A stretch of DNA of 64,000 nt from Phycisphaeraceae bacterium (GCA_965224205.1 CBDCYN010000013.1:125647-189646), one strand, 5' to 3'. Counted from the stretch's first letter, positions 29,171 through 41,577 are shown. Notes: generated by a model from the sequence alone, not told the origin. Translations and numbers: made by a program.

Positions 29171-30298
29171 TCACGGAAGATCCGCCAGCTGAGCGATGAG
29201 CTGATCCAGGCGTTGGGCGTAATGAGCATCATCCTCGGTGTCGATCAGAGTCACGGCTTGATCCAACAGTCGGCGGGCGACATCCGCCTGCCCTATCTTA
29301 CAGTGAACCCATCCGGCTTCCACCAGGCTAGGTCCCACGAAATTGCTGTCGGGTGCATGGATCACGACCTGCATGAAGCTCAAACCGGCATCGAGATAGG
29401 CGTCGCGGTTGTCGGTGGCTTCGGCTAAACGCATCTGGGCGATTCCCCGCTGGAACAGGCGCATGCCGATCTGGCGGCTGTCGGTGGCGAGGGTGCGGTT
29501 CGCGGTGGTGACCGCTTGATCGTAATGGCCCGAGAGGATCATCTTGGTGATGGCATCGCCCAGGTCCAGGGCACGGGGCAGGGAGATCGATGTGGCCCGA
29601 TTCGAGGGGGCCTGGGTCGGATCCACTTGGGCCTGATCCGCGGGCGGGGGCGGGGCATCGGTCGTGGTTCTTGGGTTAGAAGCGTTCGAGGGATCGCTGC
29701 GATCGGTCGATCTGAATCTGGCCAGCAGCTGTTCAACGGGTTGGGCTTGAGGTTGTCCGCTGAGCTCGAATGCTGCTGATTCAACGCGGGCACGGAGGTC
29801 TTGACCTCGTGTGCCTTCGGCGCTGGCTACCGAGTCCAGCGAGGCGGCCGTGAGGTAGTGGGTTTCACCACCGCTGTAGGCCAGCTGGAGATACATCTCG
29901 AGGGCCTGCTCGGGTTGGCCGAGGCGGTCATAGATCGAGATTAACAGGAAACGTGCCCACTGCTGAACCCACGGCTCTGAAGCCAGCTGAAGCAGCTCGT
30001 TGACGGCTTCTAAAGCGGCTGGGTCGTCCTGGTGGGCGGCGGCGGTTTCGTATCTTTCGAGCTGGGGGTATCTTTCGAGCTTGAGACCTTGGAGCTGCGA
30101 TAGCGGCTTAATAAATTCATCGCCGATGTCATTGTAGTAGTACAGCTGGTTATTGGTGATGTTGTGTACCGTCACCCCTTTGATCCAAAAATTTCCCAAT
30201 TTAACCGCGTCGGCAGACACGGCTGCGGGGGTGATGAGGAGGATCCACGAGGTGATCAAAACCCAGGACGTCACTTTAATTTCTTGAGCTTTTATCAT
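29171..30298 (-). CDS. Signal-anchored TPR-like protein, function unknown
   Basis: 375 aa. N-terminal hydrophobic segment WVLITSWILLITPAAVSADA, helical repeat-like halves, and a central P/Q/T-rich linker. Confidence 0.65.
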   Translation of the reverse strand: MIKAQEIKVTSWVLITSWILLITPAAVSADAVKLGNFWIKGVTVHNITNNQLYYYNDIGDEFIKPLSQLQGLKLERYPQLERYETAAAHQDDPAALEAVNELLQLASEPWVQQWARFLLISIYDRLGQPEQALEMYLQLAYSGGETHYLTAASLDSVASAEGTRGQDLRARVESAAFELSGQPQAQPVEQLLARFRSTDRSDPSNASNPRTTTDAPPPPADQAQVDPTQAPSNRATSISLPRALDLGDAITKMILSGHYDQAVTTANRTLATDSRQIGMRLFQRGIAQMRLAEATDNRDAYLDAGLSFMQVVIHAPDSNFVGPSLVEAGWVHCKIGQADVARRLLDQAVTLIDTEDDAHYAQRLDQLIAQLADLP

Positions 30299-30387
30299 CG
30301 TTATGAAGCGGTGGCTTGAACCTACTCCAGCTGTTCGTTACTTGCCGTAGCGCGTGTTGAACGGGGTTCTGGTCACCTTCAAGACTG

Positions 30388-31416
30388 CTATTCTATGCCT
30401 AACTCGCGTCCGTCGATAAATTTATAGATCCCTCCGGTTTTTTCGCTGATCTGCTGCATCGTCGGTTTGAGCCCAACTTTAGCCAGGGGATCTGGATATA
30501 AAAACTGGATGGTGTTGATCTTGGTGTTACCTGAATTCGCTTTGGTGATTTCGGTTAAGAGCTTTTCTTGATTTAACTCATACTGCCCATAGCCCGTAAT
30601 GTTATCCGAAAGAAGGAAGACAAGTTGGGGTTTATACTTTAGCGCCATCCGTAACGCGGTGACCGGATTAGATTGGCCGGTGGGGACGATGTTGCCGCTG
30701 TCCATGTCAATCCAATTGATGACCTGCTGCTTGTATTCACGGTCCGCGGGGTGCAGGCCCGAGGGGGGGACCTCGATCGCGGAGTCGCCCTGGAAGAAGA
30801 TAATCGTGAAGGTCTGCTTCTCGGACAGTTCGCCGATTGATCGTTTGAGTTCTTCAATGACGAAAGGCAGCGTGTCGATCAGCGAGCCCGAGGCGTCGAT
30901 AATGTAAGCTAACCGACGGGCGTTGCCCCCGGTGCCGTACATGGTGGCGCGGATGCCGCCTTGGACGGCGGTATCGAACGGGCTGGCCTTAGCCGGCGAG
31001 CCGCCGGCGACCCCGGTTAAAGCGAGGTCCGTTTTGACTTGACTCGTAAACTGGGTGGGGGGCTTGACCACGTTTTTGGTGATCGTGCGTCGGGTCTTGC
31101 GGGTGACGTTGACCTTCTTGGTCACCTTCATCGTCAACGGGGCGCCCGGGGTGGGGCTGAGGCGCGCGATCGGGATGATCACCTCTTCTTTCTGGATCCG
31201 TGAAGTCGTCCAGACCACAAAGATGGCTAAGATGATCAACCCCACGTGGAAAAGAATCGAGATCCCCCAGGGTAGCAGCGACAAAAGCATCACATTGATT
31301 TCTTCCCCGACCGCGGCTGTCTCTTCCTCTTCTTCCTCTTGAGGATAGCCTTCACCAGCGGGTTCAGCTTGGTCGTCATACATTTCTTGGGGATCGGCAA
31401 AACCCAACCACAACAT
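30388..31416 (-). CDS. Membrane-anchored von Willebrand factor A (vWA) domain protein
   Basis: 342 aa. Acidic N-terminus, one TM segment (LLSLLPWGISILFHVGLIILAIFVVW), and a C-terminal vWA with the MIDAS motif DASGS. Confidence 0.75.
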   Translation of the reverse strand: MLWLGFADPQEMYDDQAEPAGEGYPQEEEEEETAAVGEEINVMLLSLLPWGISILFHVGLIILAIFVVWTTSRIQKEEVIIPIARLSPTPGAPLTMKVTKKVNVTRKTRRTITKNVVKPPTQFTSQVKTDLALTGVAGGSPAKASPFDTAVQGGIRATMYGTGGNARRLAYIIDASGSLIDTLPFVIEELKRSIGELSEKQTFTIIFFQGDSAIEVPPSGLHPADREYKQQVINWIDMDSGNIVPTGQSNPVTALRMALKYKPQLVFLLSDNITGYGQYELNQEKLLTEITKANSGNTKINTIQFLYPDPLAKVGLKPTMQQISEKTGGIYKFIDGRELGIE

Positions 31417-32025
31417 ATTGCATACCTCTTATCTTTTCTTTTAAATTACTCAAAATACAATAAGCGGTCCATCGATCTTTATCCACTGGGCCATGTGCGA
31501 GACTCTATCGGTCAACTCGGTCCAGCGCCCCCGGTGTTTGGCCCGTTGATGAAAACTCCAAAAATATCGGGTCTTCCAACTCGTTGTTGGGCATGTGTGT
31601 GTGTTCCGGATCACCTTGTTGGTTTTTAGCCGTCGTGCATCGGTCGGGATCAAGGGTTTCCGAATCGACCCTCGATGCGTACGACGGATATCGCCCGCGT
31701 CATCACATGGCATGACGCACTGGGCTGTGAGTCAAAGCTTGAACCCGGTGCCGCGGGTGCATCGATCCACGTCCGGGCTTAGCCTGGGGGGCTGCGCGTG
31801 GTGCCCAGTTCAAACTCTCAAGCGCCATTTCGGACCAACCCTCCATCGGGTCAAGCACCGGCTATGTTCGGACGTCTTCGACGCCCTTCGTTTCCTTCAT
31901 CAAGGTGATTGGATTACCAGTATACGCCCCGTATATCCAATCTTTAAACTATGAGAATTTCCTGGTCGCGTATCCTGGTTACGCACACGAACCATCCGGT
32001 ATTCTCGCCTGGGGTCGCTAACCGT

Positions 32026-32135
32026 ACACATCGCGTATCAAAGTACCGCGTTGGGTATGTGCTGGCCCCCGAAGAGTTACCCGCCGCGAACACGGATCGT
32101 GCCGCGATTTCATCCGGGGTCGGTACATATCGTTG
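32026..32135 (+). repeat. Interspersed intergenic repeat family A, copy 1
   Basis: Aligns by eye over about 110 nt with 37789-37895 (+) and 54257-54366 (-). The shared core is CGCGTATCAAAGTACCGCGTTG...GCCGCG.AC...CATCCGGG.CGGTA. Confidence 0.75.
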
Positions 32136-32302
32136 CGGCCAGAGAACCTTTTTGACGCATTGTTTGGCGCACCGTTTATCGAGCTTCGAAAAATTATATG
32201 CGTGGCAGAGACCCACAGGCAGTGGCTATCAACAACAACCAACAACAATCGATCGCCTAGGGATAATGTTGTCGAGCCTGCCCTGGATCTATCTTCACCG
32301 TG

Positions 32303-33271
32303 TTATTGGACGCTGGCTTCGGCTTCCAACGACGCGTGAGGGGCCCGTGGTATTTTCAGGATCAGACCGACCTTGATGTGATGGGGGTCTTGGCCAATGT
32401 TTTCACGGTTGGCGTCATAAATCGACTTCCATAACTCGGTGGTCCTGTAGTAGCGCTGTGAGATGGTCGACAGGGTTTCACCCGAGCGGACCATATGGTG
32501 GGCGCTCTGGCCCGGGGCCAGCGCATACGGGTTTATCGCGACCTTGCTTAGATCCTTTAGGCTCGGCAGGCGGATGATCTGTCCGACCTTTAATCGTTTA
32601 GGGTCAACCAAGGGGTTGGCTTGAGAGAGATACTCACTGTAATGTTGCGAGCCGTATAACATGACCGCGATCGAACTGAGGGTGTCGCCCTGGCGGATGG
32701 TGTAGGTCCTTTTCTTCTTCTGGGGCTCTTTCCGCGGGTGGGGGTTGGATGAAGAGCCTGCCGCGGTTTTGGCCGCATCACTGCTGGGTGTAGCGGTTAA
32801 GAACGGTCGGTCTCGCTTGAAGGTGATGCTCGACAAGGATGGCCCGTTCGCCCGATCGGCGGGCGGTGAGTCTACGTCCCGACCGAACGTGAGGATCGGG
32901 GGCAAAGAAGCCTGGGATCCCTTCTGCGTCGATCGGGTTGCGGGGCGCGGGGGTTTCGATGGGCCGGGTTCACCTGCGTTAGCCGGTGGTTCGTCACTGG
33001 CTGTGTTATGGGCCATCACGGCGGGATTTCCTGAGGGCTCTTTCCGGGGTGTGGGGCGTAACAACGGGTCCTTCTTATCGTAGGGTTGACTCGTCACGAG
33101 TTTATCGTGGCGACCATCAGCGGCGGCGGCTTTGGGGAGAGGGTCGGTTCCACCGGCTTGGGTGGGCGGAACGCGGTCATACGCCACCTTCGACAGCAGC
33201 ACGTAGTAAACCAATACCGTCCCGCACGACAGTACGGTTAAAACCAGAGCGATCTTATATGTGCTCTTCAT
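32303..33271 (-). CDS. LysM-repeat (two LysM domains) membrane-anchored protein
   Basis: ATG at 33271 gives MKSTYKIALVLTVLSCGTVLVYYVLL. The two LysM units are YTIRQGDTLSSIA...VGQIIRLP and HMVRSGETLSTISQRYY...VGLILKIP. Confidence 0.8.
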   Translation of the reverse strand: MKSTYKIALVLTVLSCGTVLVYYVLLSKVAYDRVPPTQAGGTDPLPKAAAADGRHDKLVTSQPYDKKDPLLRPTPRKEPSGNPAVMAHNTASDEPPANAGEPGPSKPPRPATRSTQKGSQASLPPILTFGRDVDSPPADRANGPSLSSITFKRDRPFLTATPSSDAAKTAAGSSSNPHPRKEPQKKKRTYTIRQGDTLSSIAVMLYGSQHYSEYLSQANPLVDPKRLKVGQIIRLPSLKDLSKVAINPYALAPGQSAHHMVRSGETLSTISQRYYRTTELWKSIYDANRENIGQDPHHIKVGLILKIPRAPHASLEAEASVQ

Positions 33272-33517
33272 AGCAAAGCCCGGTAGGTTAAGCAGGCGTG
33301 TGGGACTCACGGATCGGATGCGGTGAGCTGATTTAATAATTCAGAAACAAGATGAGACGTTTATTTTTCAGTGAATATGCATTCATGCCCGTGTGACGGA
33401 TTATTTTACCGGTTGTCACGAATCCCGCTACCTAGGTCTTCTGTATAGGATCTTATCGACACAGTGGCGGGGTCTACGGTCATAAAAAGCGGGCGTATGG
33501 TCAATTCCCCATGGGGT

Positions 33518-33596
33518 CGTCGTGAAGAGGTAAGGGTGCGTGAGAGGGGGCAGGCCCACCGGAATCCTTAGCTGCGGTATGCCAGCCCGCAGCTGG
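33518..33596 (-). repeat. Interspersed intergenic repeat family B, copy 1
   Basis: The reverse complement aligns with 52490-52570: hairpin, then GCTAAGGATT..GGTGGGCC.GCCCC.TC..ACGCA.CCTTACCT.TTCA. Confidence 0.65.
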
Positions 33597-34178
33597 AGCC
33601 TCGTCGACAACAATCGAGCCTTACCCATGCAGGGAAACTTAGAAGCTGTTTCAAAAACCATGGACGGGTGCCACTGGCTGCTTGTCAGCCAGTGCGGAAA
33701 CCAACGGAATACAGATTTTGAAGCAGTTTGTTAATTAACTTATCATTATTGCGCATTCGGTCTACTCGTCTCACCTTTCTTCTTTTTGAACAGGGTTAAG
33801 CCATTACATTTTAATCAATTAGGTGCTGTGTTAAAATGTTGGCTTCAAATTTGCCAAAACTATTTTTATTGTCTATAATACCCATATTATCTATACGAGA
33901 GGTTCTTAGTCATACGTATAAGGTCATATCAAAATAGCTATCAAGTTTTTCATGATCTTGTGGTTTGTCCTGTCCTAAGAAGGATTACATTATTTCCAGA
34001 AAAGTTCTGGCTGCGGGCTGCCATCGCGAAGTAGAGGGTTTCGGGGGTGACGCATCGTTGTCATCCATACCTTTGCAGGGCTAATTTTTCGGGTAGGTAA
34101 TCAAGTCGAAAGAGGTTCATGGCGACACCTCATCAGATTTGCAACATCTCTGGCCATGTCGCTAAGTGGAGAACGGCA

Positions 34179-34970
34179 ATGAATTTACTGGGTTTACGGG
34201 TTGTATCCTTGTTGTGTGCAGCCACGGTCGTCGTGGCGTTAAGTAGCCCCGCATACGCGGTCCTAACCTATATCGAGTCGGGCGGGGTGGTCGTTGGAGA
34301 AGCCGAGATCTATTCGAATCGTGCAGGGGCGGGACCCAATCAGTGGCTGGTGGTGCCCGGTGAGAGCAGCGGCGCCGGGCCGGCGGTCTTAAACGCACGT
34401 GGCGGAGCGTATATCCAAGCCCTACCCGACAACAACAGCCCCGGTAGCCCGTTGGTGGCCCCTTCGATCGATTATGTCATGGATATTACGACCACCGGCA
34501 CGTACCAACTGCACCTGCGCTGGGACGGCAACGGCAACCGCCGCGGCACCAGTAACTCGCTATTCGCTGATATCGTCGAGCTCAAAGACGGCCCCAGCGG
34601 CGCGATCGCGGATTGGTACGAAGTCACCCACGCCGTCGATGGCGACTTCGCGACCCCTAACCTCTGGGATGGGGACGGCGGTCGAGAAGCCAACCAATCC
34701 AACGTCAACCCGATCTCGCAGCCGATGCTGTGGACCATCAACACCCCGGGGTTCTACACTCTGCGATTTTCCCAGCGTGAAGACGGCGCGAACGTCGATG
34801 CTTTTGCGTTCCAGCTTTCGACCCTGCCCGCGCCGGCCGGGGTGGGGCCCGACGTTTCTCAGATCACCGGCAACGACGCAGCGGTCCCCGAACCGCTAAG
34901 CGCCGCGTTGAGTTCCATCGCGCTGGGGTCGCTGGTCATGACCGCCACGCGGCGCCGAGGCAAGGGCTGA
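34179..34970 (+). CDS. PEP-CTERM-anchored secreted protein
   Basis: ATG at 34179 with a GGAG SD. Signal peptide LLCAATVVVALSSPAYA. The C-terminus VPEPLSAALSSIALGSLVMTATRRRGKG has the PEP motif, a TM segment and a basic tail. Confidence 0.8.
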   Translation: MNLLGLRVVSLLCAATVVVALSSPAYAVLTYIESGGVVVGEAEIYSNRAGAGPNQWLVVPGESSGAGPAVLNARGGAYIQALPDNNSPGSPLVAPSIDYVMDITTTGTYQLHLRWDGNGNRRGTSNSLFADIVELKDGPSGAIADWYEVTHAVDGDFATPNLWDGDGGREANQSNVNPISQPMLWTINTPGFYTLRFSQREDGANVDAFAFQLSTLPAPAGVGPDVSQITGNDAAVPEPLSAALSSIALGSLVMTATRRRGKG

Positions 34971-35020
34971 TCAACACTATCCTCCCGGGCAACGACACGG
35001 CCTCGAATCGGTGAGGCCCA

Positions 35021-37696
<2,676 letters not shown>

Positions 37697-37788
37697 ACGC
37701 TATCCTCGTTCAATTCGATCGTATCGTATAAGCTACTTTCAATCTGTAGCGTTGGTTCAAATGAAAACCCGCTACACGCATCTTGTAT

Positions 37789-37895
37789 ACGCATCGCGTA
37801 TCAAAGTACCGCGTTGAGCATGCGTTGGACACCTAAAATTTCCCTGCCGCGTACATGAGTCACGCCGTATTTTCATCCGGGACCGGTATGTCATC
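37789..37895 (+). repeat. Interspersed intergenic repeat family A, copy 2
   Basis: See 32026-32135. It lies about 90 nt upstream of the clpB start codon on the opposite strand. Confidence 0.75.
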
Positions 37896-38070
37896 AGATG
37901 CGACCTCGTTTATGTCGAGGGCCGGATTTTCGAGTGGTAACGACGGATTGACAAGCGGGCTGGGACAGCCCTGCGATGATCTTCCCACTCAACGGCACCA
38001 TGCGGTGTTTAAGTCTGACTGACGCTTACCTGGGCCACACGGGGCTGTGCCGCATCACGTGTGGCTATTA

Positions 38071-39218
38071 TACCTCACGCGGCTAAGATTGTCCGATTGT
38101 TGAAGTGTTGGAAGTTGCGGGTGATGAGGGTTTGGACGTTGGGTTTGTCGTCGGTGGCCAGCTTGGCGATGCCGTCGTGGATGGCTTGCTGAAATCGATC
38201 GAACGTTTCGTAGTACCGGCCGTTGAGGCAGCGTTTCTTGAGCAGGCCCCAGATCCGTTCGATCAGGTTCAGGTGCGGCGAGTAGGACGGCAGGAACATC
38301 AACTCGATGCCCAACCCCACGGCCCGATCTTGGACCAACCGGCAGCGTTGATACCGCGCGTTGTCCAGCACCAGGGTGATCGCTTGGCCGGGGTAACGCC
38401 CCGCGAGCGTCTCGAGTAATTCGCAGACCGTTTGGGCCGTGATGTACGTCGTGTTCGTGACGGTCACCAACTCTCGGGTCACGAAATCCAACGCCCCCAA
38501 CACGTTCAGCCGGCGGCGGCCGGTGGGCGTGCGGATGAACAGCCTCACCACGCACCACACGTAGCACAGAAACGCGCCATGGACGAAGTGGCAGGCGTCT
38601 ACAAAAAAACCCTGCGATCACCCCGTTCGGCTTCGTCCAAAGCCGGATCGAGGGTCTGTTCAAGGAATTCACGCTGCTGTTGATGCTTGGCCTGATCAAG
38701 CTTGCCCGGCACACCCCCGAGCTTGCGACGACGCAGACCCAGCCGTTTCAAAAAAGCTCGCACTTGCGTCGGGCCGCGACGCAGACCGGTGAGTTGCGTG
38801 ATCTGATGGCTCGCCTCGTGGATCGTCGACGGCGGGTGTTGTTCCAAAGACGCCTTGACCTTCGGGCCGTGCGCGTTCAATTGACTGGGCTGACCCCGGT
38901 AGCCGTTTTGCCTCAACGCCTCGATCCCACCGTCGAGGTACGTATTCAAATAACGCTGCACCGTCCGGCTGCTGACCCCTGCCAAGGCCGCGATCTGCCG
39001 ATGTGCCAACCCATGGCTCTTGAGCCAAACCACCTGCAACTTCCGCCGCACCCGCGGATCTGGATCGCTAAAACGCCCCCGATCCAACGCCGCCACCGCA
39101 TCGTCCGTCAATGTGATCTGAAGCATCCATGCCTCCTGTGTCCAGTGACTTCGTAGTAAAATCAAACCGCTAACGTCAGCCTATTCTACCGATCAGACAA
39201 ACTCACCCGAGGAAGGTA
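38071..39218 (-). mobile_element. IS630-family insertion sequence, copy 2 (1148 bp)
   Basis: Identical to 19961-21108 except one base (38722 C versus 20612 T). TA at 38069-70 and 39219-20. Confidence 0.9.
38075..39126 (-). CDS. IS630-family DDE transposase (same two-frame arrangement as copy 1)
   Basis: The translated ORFs 38599-39165 and 38075-38560 are identical to those of copy 1. Confidence 0.8.
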
Positions 39219-40388
39219 TAAACGGGTGGTTCGTTCGTGTCGAAGCTGGCCGCACGCGGCGGCGATATCCCTGCCGCGGCTGGCGCGGATATGGGTGTTG
39301 ACCCCAGCGCGGCGCAGGATCGTTTGGAAATCGTGGACTGCTTGGCTACGGGGGCGAGAATATGGCAGACCCTTGACCTCGTTGTAGCGGATGAGATTGA
39401 CGTTGCTGCGAAACTGCTTGGCGACCTGGGCCAGCTCGTGGGCGTGTTGCGGCTGATCGTTGACCCCGTGCAGAAGGATATATTCGAGCGTGACCTCCCT
39501 GCCGGTGCGGTTAAAGTAGTACCGGCCGGCATCGATCAGCTGCGGGATCGTCACGTGGTGGGCCCAAGGGATCAGCCGGCGGCGCAGGTCGTCGTTGGGG
39601 GCGTGGAGGCTCAACGCCAATGTGACCGGCAGCTTTATTGCCGCTAAGCGACGGATCTGAGCCGGCAGCCCGACCGTGCTGATTGTGATGCGTCGAGCTG
39701 AGATCCCCATTCCCCAGTCGGCGGTGAGCGTCCGTACCGCGGCGGTCACTTCCTCGAGGTTCGCCAGCGGCTCACCCATGCCCATAAATACCACGTGGGT
39801 GACCCCCTTACGCCCCGCTGAGCCCGTCTTAAGGCTGTCGCCAGCGATCCGGCCCAGCCGCCAGACCTGTTCGACGATCTGGCCCCGTGTGAGGTTGGCC
39901 TCCAATCCCCCCAAGCCTGAAGCGCAGAAGTGGCAGCCGACCGGGCAGCCGACCTGGCTGGAGATGCAGGCGGTGGTTCTTGATGTCGGCTCACGGGCGA
40001 TGCGGGTCACGGATTGAGCGGATCGCACCGGTCGATCATCCCTCGACGGGATCAGGACGCACTCGGTTTGTTGGGGGCGATCGTCTAACACGCGCAAGAA
40101 GCGGACACGGTGGCTGTTTTCCCAGTTCATGAGCAGCTTCTGGGTTGCGTCGGTGGCGATCTGGTGCTCGAGGATGTCGCCGCTCGTGAACCGCACCAGG
40201 GAAGAAAGTGCCACGCGATCTGGCTTGGCCAGGTTGGTCATCTGATGCGGATCAGCGACCCCGCGGCGATAGACCCAGTCAAAGACCTGTCCGACGCGAT
40301 AGGCGGGCATCTGAGACGTTGCTAGAAGATCTTCGAGGCCATGTGGGTCAAGATCAAAAAAATGGGGCTTGTTAAGTTCCGTAGTCAT
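39186..40388 (-). CDS. rlmN: 23S rRNA/tRNA m2A methyltransferase RlmN (radical SAM); last 10 codons and the stop lie inside IS630 copy 2 (plus one codon spanning the junction)
   Basis: 400 aa with the CPVGCHFC radical-SAM cluster, GMGEPLAN, and the C-terminal AACGQL motif. The ORF crosses the IS boundary at 39218/39219. Confidence 0.85.
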   Translation of the reverse strand: MTTELNKPHFFDLDPHGLEDLLATSQMPAYRVGQVFDWVYRRGVADPHQMTNLAKPDRVALSSLVRFTSGDILEHQIATDATQKLLMNWENSHRVRFLRVLDDRPQQTECVLIPSRDDRPVRSAQSVTRIAREPTSRTTACISSQVGCPVGCHFCASGLGGLEANLTRGQIVEQVWRLGRIAGDSLKTGSAGRKGVTHVVFMGMGEPLANLEEVTAAVRTLTADWGMGISARRITISTVGLPAQIRRLAAIKLPVTLALSLHAPNDDLRRRLIPWAHHVTIPQLIDAGRYYFNRTGREVTLEYILLHGVNDQPQHAHELAQVAKQFRSNVNLIRYNEVKGLPYSRPRSQAVHDFQTILRRAGVNTHIRASRGRDIAAACGQLRHERTTRLYLPRVSLSDR

Positions 40389-40887
40389 TTCGATCCGTCG
40401 GCTGCGATGGCCGCGTTGGGGGTTGATCGAGCGTATCCGATATCACGATGACCGGGGCGTGGTGTTTTCAAAAACCGCGTCGACGATGCCTTGGATTACG
40501 AAGGTTCCTCGGTTGCATAAAAAATAATGCGGCGTAAATCCTGTAACCCTTTGTCAATTCTATACCCGCGTCCGGTAACACCGACTGAGGGCGACTTTAT
40601 ATGAATCCGGGTTGGTATCATGCGGTATTATTATCCGGGACCGGTATAGAAAATTTATCCGAAGGATTGGCGTCACGATCAAAGCGCTTTTATCGTTATG
40701 TATAGTATAGAATGAATTAGCGTCTGATCCTGCCTCTTGAGCCGTAGGGCATTTTCCGTAGGCGCAAGTGCAGGTCGCGGAGGAGACTGCTTCTGCGCAA
40801 TCAACCGGGGGTGCTGTATTGAAAGCCGGGATTGATATAGAATAGGTTAACGTCGCATGAGAATCACTGTTATTGGGGCATGAATCT

Positions 40888-41577
40888 ATGACAACCGCCA
40901 AGGCGCACTTCGGTTTATTTTTCGTAGCGGTGGGGGGCTTGTTTATCTCAGCATGCAGCTCGGATATGCATGTATTTCACAGCAGCGTGGATCGTCCGAC
41001 GACGATTACCCTTTATGACACCACGTCTGATAAACCTCTGTGGATAAAAAATATACCTGTTGGGTACAGCTTAGAGATGGATCTGAACCATCCTAATGAT
41101 AGTGACATGAGCGCGGTGGATCCCCGGCCGGCGACGCAGATGGTGTGGCGTTTATTCATCCCTGGCCAAGAGGACGAGCCGGTGGGGGACCCCTATCGAT
41201 CGATGAGGACCGCTCGCCGCTCGTCGGCTTCACCGCAGCCGCAAGGCCGGGTGATGATCGACGCGCCCGCTCCCATGGTGCGCACTCGGGTTAACCGGCC
41301 ATCGGATAGCTCTGATGCATCGGCGCCTCGTTCGGTTTATTACCCCGGTCTGCAAGCTCAGGGGGTTGAAAACCTACCCGGGACGCCTGTGGTGATTAAA
41401 GTCAGTTACCGGCCCAGCCCGGAGTTCCCGCCTGGGTTCGGGCGAGAATCAGCGTCCATCGACCATGACCAAGCCGTCCCGGCGGCATCTGAGCAGGATG
41501 CGGAGATCGGCCCGATCGAAAACGAGCCGTCGGACCCACCGTCCGCGGAGCCGATTCCGGTGCCCACCCTGGATTAG
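40888..41577 (+). CDS. Putative lipoprotein, function unknown
   Basis: MTTAKAHFGLFFVAVGGLFISAC has the lipobox ISAC. P/S-rich C-terminal half. No family recognised. Confidence 0.6.
   Translation: MTTAKAHFGLFFVAVGGLFISACSSDMHVFHSSVDRPTTITLYDTTSDKPLWIKNIPVGYSLEMDLNHPNDSDMSAVDPRPATQMVWRLFIPGQEDEPVGDPYRSMRTARRSSASPQPQGRVMIDAPAPMVRTRVNRPSDSSDASAPRSVYYPGLQAQGVENLPGTPVVIKVSYRPSPEFPPGFGRESASIDHDQAVPAASEQDAEIGPIENEPSDPPSAEPIPVPTLD

Noticed and set aside
31765-31800. GTCCGGGCT motif reminiscent of the RNase P RNA P4 region, inside an 0.9-kb non-coding stretch
   Set aside because: The flanking sequence lacks GAGGAAAGTCCGGGCTCC and the 3' ACAGAAYCCGGCTTA partner on either strand. The match is too short to be meaningful.
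33428-33734. Small ORFs over repeat family B sharing a THPYLF peptide with an ORF at 52528-52809
   Set aside because: The shared peptide is a by-product of translating the repeated DNA. The ORFs differ in length and frame context and lack start signals.
37751-37770. GGTTCAAATGAAAACC resembling a tRNA T-arm
   Set aside because: There is no acceptor, D or anticodon arm around it, and the loop does not fit TTCRANY within a 5-bp stem. I interpret it as a simple hairpin instead.
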